Origin: Trichoplax adhaerens
Taxonomy: Eukaryota; Animalia; Placozoa
Assembly: GCF_000150275.1 (NCBI RefSeq)
Contig: NW_002060947.1
Location: forward strand, 7,177,880 to 7,241,879
Length of the DNA stretch: 64,000 nt
Direction of reading: 5' to 3'
The notes under the pieces were generated by a model. It was given only the letters and a program-made list of their open reading frames with translations, was not told the origin of the DNA and did not search any database. Each line of letters opens with the position of its first letter. Position 1 is the stretch's first letter. Positions 52,767-64,000 of the stretch are shown here, one piece after another. A program made the translations under genes and the position numbers.

Positions 52767-54665
52767 ATGCCAAGGTGTGCGATATGTGATAGCCAATCAT
52801 TCGAGGTAGTCGACGGATATCACTACTGTGACCTATGTGGAACACAATCTCAGGCTGTTTTTGAATCAGCTACTGGTGATGAAGGCGCTACAGTACTTCT
52901 TGGACGAGCAGTAAGTCGAAGTAGAAGATCTCTGGGTGGTATGCCAAGAAAAGTTGTAGATAAAGGTGTGATATGGTATACTAGCGAAGGCTTCACTTTT
53001 GTTATCAAAGCACAAGTTGAACAACTTATTAAGTTAGGTGCTGATCCAAAGTTACAACATGTCGTACGACAGCTATGGTTTGGATACTTGAAAAAAATTG
53101 GAATTGCATTCCAAGAATCGACCTCAAAGGCTCAACAAGAAACGATTCGTGAATTATATTGCAGAACGAATCGAGATGTCATTCAAGTTACCAAAGACAA
53201 TCCTATTCCGTTAAAAACTCGAAAAAGAAAACGCAAACCTGCTAAACTCGATGTAATTGATTCAGCTTTTCTGAATTCTCAACTAACTTCGGACGATTTC
53301 TATCCGGAAGATGATCCATTTAACGAACCAACAGCGGGTAGTCCAGATAAATCGTATATCAGTAGTGATTCTGATGATGATAACCAAAATGATCCACAAA
53401 TTAGCATGCCCGATCCGTCCATTATTTCTGGATCAGTCAGTGATTTATTTATGTCAGGAAGTATGCCTAAAGGTAAACTTGCAATGATTTTGCAGATGAA
53501 GCAGTGCTATACTATTGTGTTTTGCTGCTTAGGCTTGCGTTGGATAAATGAGCTAATATTGCCGAGTGACGTTATTAATTGGATAGAAGACGGAGCTGTC
53601 TCTTATCTCGATGTATCTGATATTCTACCAGCATCTATGAAATTTTCCTCTTCCGATCACTTAACATTTTGTAAACAGTATTTACCTTCGACCACTCTGA
53701 TTGAAAATTACATGAAGGACCTTGCTCGTGCTCTTGAGTTACCTCCGTTTCCTATTCCTGATTTACAATTGCTGACTGGAAGATTTATATTAGATTTGCA
53801 GTTACCTCCAGTCTTTCATCGTTTAGTGAACATCATTATATCCAAGTGTGATATCTTTAAAACAAATAAAAGTAGCAACATGGTTACCATTACCTTTTGC
53901 ATCAGCACTGCAGCCATGGCGATTGTAATTCTTGTAGTAAAATCAATTTATGTATTGGATGATAATCAAGAGCATTTATTAGCTAAATACAGTGAGAGCG
54001 TGGCTGACAATGGTAATCTCAGCGATAGTGTTTGGGTGTGGGAAGAATGGATCAATTTTATTGAAGCTAGAATTTTCAGTAATGCTACAGCTAGTTTACC
54101 CTGGTCATTAGATAGTTTAAAATATTTCAAGGATTGGGATCGCTACATTGCATATTGTCGAGAAAAGGTTTTCGGTAGTTGGAAACCAAGAGTGGCCTAT
54201 AACCGTGACAGAAAGATCATTAATGCTGAAAATATTGAAGCTTTATTATCGGATTCTTCCCGACACTCAGACGACGAACATCTTGATTTAGATTCTAGGA
54301 AATATCGATCAAAACTATCCACTTTTCCTGTATCAGGTGGTTCTAATGATCAAAATGCATTTAAGCCAGTTCGACACATACCGCTGTCGAAACTTGATGT
54401 TTTGCTTTCGTCAGAGAATGAGGACGGATTTTGGAATTATTACGTTCAATATTGTAGTTTTGATGAGATTTATAAAGTTCGCCCCTTTAAGAATTATAAA
54501 AAGGATGTAGTTATTGACCAAAATGATGCGATGACATTTCATAAGTCCTATAATCTTTTATTAAATATTTGTTCTAGGATAATTAAAGTTACTCCTTTAG
54601 ATTTGCACCGCAGAGTCGCTTATTTCGAGCGATATTTATTTTCGTTATCTGGAAGAAGGTGGTAA
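52767..54665 (+). CDS. TAF1B: RNA polymerase I initiation factor TAF1B/Rrn7 (SL1 subunit), intronless
   Basis: 632-aa ORF with N-terminal zinc ribbon CAIC..DGYHYCDLCGTQSQ, WYTSEGF..IKAQ..L..LG..V.QLW..YL block and PSDVINW..G..SYL segment, as in the Rrn7/TAF1B family. Confidence 0.88.
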   Translation: MPRCAICDSQSFEVVDGYHYCDLCGTQSQAVFESATGDEGATVLLGRAVSRSRRSLGGMPRKVVDKGVIWYTSEGFTFVIKAQVEQLIKLGADPKLQHVVRQLWFGYLKKIGIAFQESTSKAQQETIRELYCRTNRDVIQVTKDNPIPLKTRKRKRKPAKLDVIDSAFLNSQLTSDDFYPEDDPFNEPTAGSPDKSYISSDSDDDNQNDPQISMPDPSIISGSVSDLFMSGSMPKGKLAMILQMKQCYTIVFCCLGLRWINELILPSDVINWIEDGAVSYLDVSDILPASMKFSSSDHLTFCKQYLPSTTLIENYMKDLARALELPPFPIPDLQLLTGRFILDLQLPPVFHRLVNIIISKCDIFKTNKSSNMVTITFCISTAAMAIVILVVKSIYVLDDNQEHLLAKYSESVADNGNLSDSVWVWEEWINFIEARIFSNATASLPWSLDSLKYFKDWDRYIAYCREKVFGSWKPRVAYNRDRKIINAENIEALLSDSSRHSDDEHLDLDSRKYRSKLSTFPVSGGSNDQNAFKPVRHIPLSKLDVLLSSENEDGFWNYYVQYCSFDEIYKVRPFKNYKKDVVIDQNDAMTFHKSYNLLLNICSRIIKVTPLDLHRRVAYFERYLFSLSGRRW

Positions 54666-55100
54666 ATCTTATGCGTAGGTGTTTATAGCAATTTTTGTGA
54701 CTTGATCTGACGTATTCTATAGATTACTCAATTGAATTTATTTACTGGCAGTAGCTGATAGCTATATGCACTAACTATATTATTAGCTTGTCCATTACTG
54801 TGTCCCTTGTATATGTCTTTGTTAATATCGCTGAAAGTAATTAGACTTCAAGTCTCATCATGTTTAATGATGCCTGAATGCAAGGAAAATGTTTATTTTG
54901 AAGTACTAACATGAGCATTTCCTGTCGTGTAATAACCCCTATGGATACACTTAGAGAACGTTGGATGTATACAGAAATTAATTCGTCATAAGAATGCACT
55001 CGTTAATATTTGTACCCTTTATAATTTCAGTTTAAACTAGCCTAATTTACCTTCAGTGAAACAGCAGGATAATCGAGTGCCGGCAGATTTAAAACTGTGA

Positions 55101-55193
55101 TTATGCAACTTACGTAATGACGTAATGACGTTTTGATCAAGTGATAAATCTTAAGAGTTTTCATTATTCTCGTAATCCATGTCAAATGACGTG
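55101..55193 (+). promoter_or_regulatory. Cluster of bZIP (CRE/PAR-type) sites
   Basis: TTATGCAA, TTACGTAA, TGACGTAA and TGACGT in series at 55101-55131, another ATGACGTG at ~55186. Confidence 0.4.
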
Positions 55194-55319
55194 CAAGGCT
55201 GCTGTGATACTACTGTAAATTGATTGCTGGTCAATCCGTAAAATTTTATTATTATGCAATACCTTACTTTCTAGATGTAAATAACAATTCTTTTGAACTT
55301 GCTCTTACGAATCTACAAT

Positions 55320-56665
55320 ATGCCAGTTATGAGCTACATAAAGAGCTTTATCAGTATTAAGGTATCTAATTGTATGTATATGCTGTGCAAATATGCAATA
55401 TATACTAATTAATATGTACGATTGCTATCCATTTTGAAATATCAATGAATGCAGAGTTTCGATTTCTATATCGTTAAATTATTATCTTCAATTTAGATAT
55501 GAGCTTGCGACTATTCAACATGAACTACTAGCAAGAGATTTATTAGTAGCCCAGGGCATATTGTATATCAGGAATTATATGATTGTCATTAATCTATAAA
55601 ATACTAGCATATAACGTCGTGTCTTATTCTTTGTGTATAATTGATTCTTCAGTTTACTTACTGGTGTCGAAGTACCATGAATTGCTGGAATGGAACTGAC
55701 TACTTTATGATGCTTATGTACAGACCTCCTAATGATCATGATGATTATCAATAAAAATAAATATAAATAACACTTCAACGTTCCATCATTTTGCGTAAGA
55801 GTCCATGTCTAACATATATTGGAAAGGGAAAGATAATCACTTATAGACTGTAATATCTTCATCTACATATCTAAAGTACTATTTGTAATTCTTATGAATT
55901 CCCTCGAGATAGCGACATAAAATTTCATTATTCTGTATAATGTGTGCATGAAGTCTTTACCTGCCATGATCTAGACTAGAAAGGTCTTAGTAATCTACAT
56001 TATAATACTTATTTAGAACATCGATGATTATCAACTTTGAATAGCATTTAAAGACCCCTTACTAGATGGAAGGCCTTTATATCTGCTTAATTTGTAGTTT
56101 GGACTAGGAAGAGAAAGAGATTAATTATTACGTTAGTAATCCTTCCTCAGTTTTTTTAGATTGGAAGAAATTGTAATGAAGTAAACTTTACTACTTATGG
56201 CACTTTGGAATTCTTTTATTAGCTATCACAGTTCAATTTTATTGAAAAGATTGACTTGTCTATAGTACTGCTACATAAACATCAATTATGTATGATCGTA
56301 TCTTAGAAATGATTATTTAAATAGGCATCTATCTAATACAGATATATAAAACATAGTCGATGAAACCGTTTTCTGTAAATTGCAATTAAAGGTCATCTAA
56401 TGATAATTAAGTTACCGCTGTTATGTAAAAGTTACTTCGTAACAGTAACATTCTATTATTATTCTTTTTTAATGTACGACTCTATGCTGAGCCTTCATTC
56501 TCTTATACAGTATATTTTTCCTGATTATCTTACTCATTTAAGGCAATTTTGATCATTCATATATTCCCAGTTATCTAGGATACATTTTTCATTTCAAGTG
56601 ATGCCATTTGTACTTGCAGGATCCAAGATCACCGGCAACCGATCCTGGCTCTCTATTTGCATATG
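55320..56665 (+). CDS. Putative first two coding exons of the gene continuing at 62795
   Basis: 55320-55361 (MPVMSYIKSFISIK|gtatct, phase 0) and 56620-56665 (ttgcag|DPRSPATDPGSLFAY-G|gtaat, phase 1) are phase-compatible with the 62795 exon. No homology support. Confidence 0.35.
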
Positions 56666-59600
56666 GTAATTTCGATCATTTTTATATCTTAAATTACTTT
56701 GGATGGATTTTAAATAATTTTATTTGCACTTAATGAGCGTTGGACTGCAAAACTAGTAGAGGAGAAGCTCAGCTATCACGTGATTGGCGCCGCGTCTTCT
56801 TGAACTTGCCGATATCAAGTCACTTAGGAGTAGAAATAAAACGCATTCAATATTTGACCCTTATACTTGAGTAAGTTATCACTAGAGCGTCTAGATTGCT
56901 CTATTAGCGTCTTTTTTATCCAATCTAACCAATGTCAACATTGGCAATAGAAAGATAAGCTATACTATGGTCAGTTTTAATATCCATGATTGCAACATTG
57001 ATCTATTGGAGAACTTATGGGCAGAATACAATAGATTATTAAATTTACTATTCTTCTTCATCATAGAAGGCGTTGCTATCTGATGTCTCTATTGAATAAG
57101 ATATAATTCAAATTCAAGCTATTTTATCAATTATAAATGATTAAATCAATCAATCATCGATTATTTCCAATCTATTATTATTTGATTAAATCATCACCCA
57201 GTGATAGAGACTAGTGTTGTCAAATGATACAAGTGGAATACTTTGATTGACCGACGATGATGTTATAGGATAAACAACGCGATCTAGTTGATCTAGGATG
57301 ATCATCAAGGCAGCATTTCCATCAATCTTCTTAATGGTAGTCGACTTTGACTTGGGGCGTTATTCTATTGTTTTCCAAGTTATTATACAGTTGTTGCACT
57401 TGATAATCTTTATCCTAGTCATCAACACACTATCTCATGTTTCATCTTGTAATCGCCATTCTTTTTTCTCAATCGAGAAATGTTATTGACTAATATAGAA
57501 TTCAATCATTACAATTACTCCTAAGAAGAACTGTTATGTTACAAATTCATCGTACTCATCACTTCCATTCCTATACTATCTGCACAGTTAATGATTTGAC
57601 CTTGTTTGTATTTTTACACTCTTACTCTCCGATCATCAATTCATTGATAATATCCTTCTTGATCAATCTATTTCCAACAACAAGTTAACAAGTAAAGCTT
57701 AATCTCCACCATAGTAACTTTATCATTGGATGATCAATTTAGATTGAAACGTTGCACAGCCAAGGTAAACAACTTATTAAAACAAAATACTTGAGAGTAG
57801 CATAACGAATAGCTTCTATTTAACGAATAATATCGTTTAAATTAATTTATTCATATTGACAGTCCAACTCTAAAATTAAAATTTTATACGCAATTTGGTC
57901 AGATAGTTAGATAGCAAGATCATTGGATAGCATCATTATTTTAGCCCGATCAAATACATACTTTTCAACGTAAAATTATTCTTGTAACACTTTATCCAAC
58001 CATAGTATCGCTTACGTATTTAGATTATCCTACAACTTTCTATTAGCGTTTTCATCGTCATCACGTACAGTAGATTAATGGCTATTGAAGAAATTTCGCG
58101 TAGTAGTCTGAGTTGTATGCTGAGTAATCCATTTAAGATAGGCCCATCGACAGTGCTAGAATCGTCTATACAATAATCTTATCATGTCCATCGGTGATTA
58201 TCCATTCGGATATTGACTCGAACAGTAAATTAACTAAAATAATAACTATCGATAGTATCCTACATGGCAAATTATAAACATTAATTATCACCTTTGTCTG
58301 CAGCTAATCAAGCGATACATTTATACTAAAATAACTTTGGCTACAAACTTGTGAACAATAACGATAATCGTTTCTTACTCCATCATTATCGACTGGATAA
58401 CTTGTCATCAAAAGTAAAAATTGGTAAGTTCAAGGTACCGGTAGTTTATAGGAATAAATCGTTTTCAGCTTGTTCCTACCGAAATATGCTGTCATGTTCA
58501 ATTAGAGGAGTAATTTAAAAAATTAACTGCATCGGATCGCGGACTAACTGCCTTGATTAATCGGACTGATTGGATGAGATGAAGATTGGAGTAAATCGAT
58601 TTAAATTTTATATCAATTTCTTTCCGTCTTGATACCATCTTGACCACGAAATGACACGTTGAAAGTATCATTTGGGAAAATTCCCTTTTCGACTTCATTT
58701 GTAATTAGTAGAAAGAGAACAGAAGAGCCATGGTGTATTGTTCCATCATGACAAAAAGCACTCCATAAGGGAATTTTAGACAGGTTGTGGTTTGAGTCGA
58801 GGCATGGCTACTTTTTCGTTATTTTCGAATCGATTTTCCTTACGATAATTCGTATAAGCGTGAAATTTTTGACATAATGGGATAAAGTTAAAGCAAAAGT
58901 TATCTGTTTGATTAAAGATTGACGTTGAATAGCACTAAAATTTGTTTAAATTCTATAAACCTATAATGCAATTAGACGTAACTGAGTTAGACAAATACGT
59001 TTACGCGATGGGCGGCCATCCATCTCGGCATGGAGGACGATCTATTACCGTAATTATTTGATTTATTGACTTTTTGTTGTACGCAGTATAGGTAAACGAT
59101 GAAAATTTAAATTGAACTAAATCGATCTCATTAGCAATCTTGAGTGTTGTGCTTTAGAAGTATCGCGAGCGATTAGAGTAACTTGTATCACAGTTCATTA
59201 CGGTAGTAAATAAATGGATCGGTTAAGATCCGGTTATGTTTAAAGCGAATCTTCTCTAACAACCAGGATCATTCAAAGGGGAAGAAGGATAGATGTGGTC
59301 GCTTTCTTAACACCTTAGCATTGGTTAGTCACTCTTAAAACAGGCTTAGATTGACTACATGGAGTGTCTATCCCTAAGCATTCGTAAAAATATTTGCCAT
59401 TTTGACATAAACGTATCGCATATTCACTTTACGTTGGACTATTAGTATAGCATGAATCAATTCTGCCTTAGAGTTTGAGTAATAATTTTAATTTCCTTAT
59501 ATCCGATTGTCAAGGGTTTCTTTCATAACTGTTTGTGGTTAAACAACCCTTCTATAGATTCTCTAACTTGATTATGAGGCAGTATTGAAGAGAGATGTTA

Positions 59601-59820
59601 TTAAATCTATTCTTGTAAATAAAAATTTACTTGATCATTTTTGGATACGCTCCCCTACTTTATTTTTAAAATTCTACAGTTATATTTCAAGCGACTGTCA
59701 TGATTAGAATAGGAATAACTAATTGAATAGCCATATAAATTCGGCTGACTATCATAGTAAATGTAAGCAATTTAGCCATTCCATGAAGATATGGTACAGC
59801 TTTGATTCACAAATGTTCCC

Positions 59821-60127
59821 AAGCTACTTTGATTTGTTGTACTATCGGTTTATTCGGATACTTTTAGATATAAAGTCGATCGCTTCATTTTATCATCTTT
59901 ATCTCTTATTTTATGGATAATCCTACATGATAGACTGAAATTAAATTATTGCAAGGTGTTTTATTGCTATTTTATTACTTAGATGAGGCCGTATTTGTAA
60001 CTTCTTTACTCAAATTACTTTGATTTGTTGTCTAAACAGCTTATTCGGTTACTTTTAGATAAGCAATCGATCATTCCCTTCCATCATTTCCTTCCTTATT
60101 TTAGGGATCATTCAACATGATAAATTG
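59821..60127. repeat. Diverged ~115 bp direct duplication (59821-59937, 60012-60127)
   Basis: tactttgatttgttgt..ttattcgg.tacttttagata..tcgatc..cttatttta.ggat.at..acatgata in both. Confidence 0.75.
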
Positions 60128-60909
60128 TAGCCAAGTCGCTATCAGCCATGACATAATGATAGAGATCTCCATATTTTCAAACTGTGTTCATTACCTTGTG
60201 TTCTTCCGGGAAAGCGTAAAGTTTCGAATAGAACAGTGAACTTTATTTATAAGATCTAAATGGTTCCCTTTAGTTTTCTATACATAAGCATAATTCAATT
60301 AAAAATCAAGTCAACTCGATAATTTGTGATTATATAATAATGACAGGACGGGTTAACATCTCTTTTATCCCATGCAGAAGAATTATTTAGTCAAGACTTA
60401 TTTATTTACTTACAGATTAATTGTAGATTAAGTTAAAGTATCATTCCCCGTAAACTGCTAAATCGGAACAGAGTTAGCAAGCTTTGAAGCAATAATGACA
60501 CTCATCTTTCAACTTCAATGAGTCCAATTTGTAGTATATTTAAAGGCGTAGAATTTATATCCACAAGTCTACATAGACGCAAATTAAAGTGACTAATATG
60601 TTCATTGTATAATTACGCCATATATGGCTATTTAATAAGCCTCATTTCATATTTTATCGCTTTAAAGGGCAAAAAATTTGTCAAAGTCTCCGTAAAATTA
60701 TTGAACGATATTTCATATCAACACTTTTTCTCAGTATCACTTAATTTTGTTTTACTGTGAACACGTTTTAATCCAGTTTAATTTTGAGAATAACACATTC
60801 ATGAATTGCTTGTTATTTTATACGGTAGTATTGCTATCTAGAAAATTTAACGTCATGAAAAATTAAAATATTGTCGGGATTAGCGTAAGACTTTCTTCCT
60901 CTTAACATA

Positions 60910-61530
60910 TTGCTATGCAAAAACTGTTAGAAATGGATTAGATATTATAAAATTGGATTTGTATACCATCATTTCATTTCAATAAGGGCCTTAATAATTA
61001 ATTAATACTGGTGATTCTCTACTAGACATTCTTCCGCTAACCTTGCTTTATAAAATTTGTTAGAAAAAGTATAGATGTATTTAATCATTCCTGAGCCCGT
61101 ATTTCATTTCGACTTGAGCTTGGCTAATATTAGTTAGTCTTTGCTAGACTTTCGACAACTCTACTATGTAAAACTGTTAGAAATCGGAGTAATATCAAAA
61201 TCTATGTTGTAATGAGTAGACTCTCATTTAGTTTCTAAAAGGATTTAATTAATAATAAACAGTCTTTACAAGACTGTTTATGGCAACTTTGTAATTTGAA
61301 ACTATTAGAAATCGAGATAATATTAAAAAATCCATTTAGTTGTCCATAGACCTTCATCTGCTTTCTTGAAAGAATTTTAATTAATATCAGACAGCTCTAG
61401 GAAGATTTTCTTTGGACAATTTTGTCATATAAAACTGTTAGAAATCGAGATAAATTTAGAGATGTATTTGTGTATCCGTATTTTAATTTCAAGATGACTT
61501 TAATTCATATTGGATAGTCTTTCCATCGCC
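60910..61530. repeat. Degenerate tandem array, ~128 bp unit, about 5 copies
   Basis: aaactgttagaaat-like anchor at ~60921, 61053, 61171, 61299, 61432. Confidence 0.7.
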
Positions 61531-62794
61531 TATATTGATTAATCGCCTTAAAGTTAAACTTAAGTCTTTGATAAGCAAGATGGATGGACTATTTAGTCAC
61601 TTGATTCATCAAATTTAAAGTCATTTATCTGATCATGTATAGCTGCTTTCTACTCCTTTAATTCACTTTAACGGTAGAAATAATAATTGAAGAAACGGCA
61701 TAGAAATAACTGTTTAATTATAGATTACATTAAAGTGATTATCTGAACGCATTATAAGTTCCACACTCCGATCTGAAAAGTCTTTGCTGTTATTGGCTAA
61801 AACTAATTAAAATATAAATTAATTCCAGCTGTGACCAACTTTTAAATCTCTGTTGCTCTTGCCTAATTAATTGCAGCTTAAGTGTTCATTATTCAACAAG
61901 ATTTCTTTCCTGACAGCATTGAATGTTTCATTTTATTAACGTATTGAACATTGTAATACTCGTAATTAATTAAAAAATAGCCTACAATAAATCGTGTTAT
62001 TTTTAACTTTAAAATATTAGTTTTCTGCTCATCTGTGGCCTTACATGGAAAGTAGAGAGACATGAAAGTATTTTAATTTAATGCTTGGACTCTTTCCGTA
62101 ACCGTTAAATTAAAGCGCTGTCCCGAAATTCTTATATTAAAGGTTTTGGTAATGCAATTTAGCCAACTGGCGAAGCTATAGTATTGACCGTTTATTATAT
62201 ATAAATTTCCATCATAAGTTGTTCTATATCTATCCTTAGCCAATCAGAATAAATTTCGGTCAATATTGCACTTATTTCAATTGGCTGTAAATTGGTAACT
62301 TGAAGGGACTAAATCATGCGAATATTTAATCTTTGCTGATGTACTCATGCGATTATTACAATATATTATTTCAGTCAAGTTATCTCGGCTTCTCTATAGT
62401 TAGTGGGATAAAGTTCAAGTTTATATCTATCTATTCAGCCCCTTTTATTCTCTATTTTCCTATTTATACTAAGCGGATTTCAATGCGTAAATCAAATAAC
62501 CTAACAAGTATTTTTCGAAAATTGTACTGCTATCGTCAAATTATCCTTAACGACCGATATTAACTCGAATAGAGCTAGAAATACGAGTATAGCCTTTACT
62601 AAATATCTAAGTATTCTACTTCAAAATACGACTGAAACATCTCATAAAAAGTAGCGAAAAATCGAATTTCGCCGGTGATTGCAATAAAGAATGCGCCATC
62701 CATATACTGATTCTGATCGATTTCTCATCCGAAGTGATAATAATTTTATATTGCAATGAATATTATTTATAACAATTCTGTTATTTCCATGCAG

Positions 62795-64000
62795 AGTCGG
62801 AAAGATTAAACGCCCTTGAAACCTTTCTACTTACTGAAAAGTCAAGAAGAAAGCGGTAAGATATTCTTTATGGTAAATATTCTATATAAACATATGTTGG
62901 TATGCTTGCATCCTGAAGTATCTGTATTTTGCAATCTTAATGGATCACAGATTTTGTTGGCTATAATTAAATGTGCTTCTCTTTTAAATATGACAACGAA
63001 ACACGATCGCTGTATACTTTAAAATTAGAAAAATCAATTCAAAAGTTCTCTATCCTTTCAGTAAACTAGAATGAGCTATTTTATTGTCATTGTAGAAAAA
63101 TGTCCTCCGGTGACAACGTTGATATTAGTGAAATTTCACCATCTTATAATCCATCTAATGGCGACGTTAAACAAATGAAAGAGAAGAGCACCATTAAAGT
63201 GTATAAGAAAACGACTTCAGCTAGCAATCCATTCCTAAAGCAAGCTCGTTATCGTCGAAGTACTGCTTCTGCCAGCGATACTTCGAGCACAGATGATTTA
63301 TCACCGACTGCTTGTGATCCACCTATGATTACCAATCGATTTATTGGACGTCCACGCCATGTAACTCCCTATAGAGTAGAAAATGAGACATCCAATGGCA
63401 ATTATGGCCATCAAATCTATGTCAGACAAATCAATAATAGGAAAAAGGAAACGATATCGCCTTATTCGGGCAATTCAGAAAGCAATACCAATTCATTATC
63501 GCCGTCTCGACATAGCTCATTTTCATCCTTTAGTACTACAAGTACGGATAATGCTGAAAATAAATTATCCGGCCATACGTTAAATAGTCCTGTTAGTGAC
63601 AAGAGTGGTTATTCACCATCAAGTGAAGGCTTTAATGATGATTGGAAAGATAATCTTACAGCAACATCAGTGACTCCATGTCAAGTTGACGAAGCATTAG
63701 CATTGGAAACCGACAGCAATCATACATTAAGTAACGATTTATCAGAGTCTCATCATTATAGTAATGGCTATACCGATCCAGAGCCATCAATTACTGTCAA
63801 TGGTAATAGTATTGATAGTATGAACGGCAGTTCTTATTTAATTGAAGATACTCTTGTTAACGGTAGCCAAGAAGTAGTAGAAAATGGCCAACATCATGAT
63901 CATCCTAATGCGAATTATCACGATCTTGGCAATCATCGTGATGAAAAACATGATGTTATTGAGAATGATAGCCATGGAATAGATTCCGATGATGAATATG
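62795..64000 (+). CDS. Partial gene: short exon plus a long Ser/Asn/Asp/His-rich, probably disordered exon running off the window
   Basis: Exon 62795-62855 (SERLNALETFLLTEKSRRKR|gtaag) splices in frame to 63096-64000, about 300 codons without a stop (KMSSGDNVDISEISPSY..GIDSDDEY). Absent from the ORF track because it has no stop in the window. Confidence 0.8.

Noticed and set aside
57190-58300. Coding-like frames with scattered stops on both strands
   Set aside because: No recognisable motif and no consistent exon chain.

Overview
AT-rich, intron-containing animal genomic DNA with two 50-N assembly gaps. Composition, many 60-130 bp introns and the gene set suggest a placozoan such as Trichoplax; that is inference, not shown. 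Manual splicing gives: (1) a 5-coding-exon secreted S1 serine protease (5736-8564, +) with a Gly189/Asp226 pocket, Asn193 and no 168-182 disulfide; (2) a 3-exon secreted 201-aa protein with a cationic leader and a 12-Cys domain I cannot assign (12167-12970, +); (3) about 18 kb with no intact gene but degenerate repeats and decayed membrane-protein-like frames; (4) a 2-exon divergent class A GPCR with opsin/melatonin-receptor-like features and no Lys296 (31368-34067, +); (5) a class C GPCR with a single coding exon and an altered amino-acid-binding signature (38407-41154, +); (6) three adjacent rRNA-biogenesis genes, TFB1M (+), DDX10 (-, 23 exons, one GC-AG intron) and intronless TAF1B (+); (7) the 5' part of a gene with a large disordered exon running off the window. 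No tRNA, rRNA, CRISPR or intact transposon could be supported. The best candidates for something undescribed are the adjacent secreted pair (atypical protease plus orphan Cys-rich protein with similar promoter and leader layout) and the rRNA-biogenesis trio.
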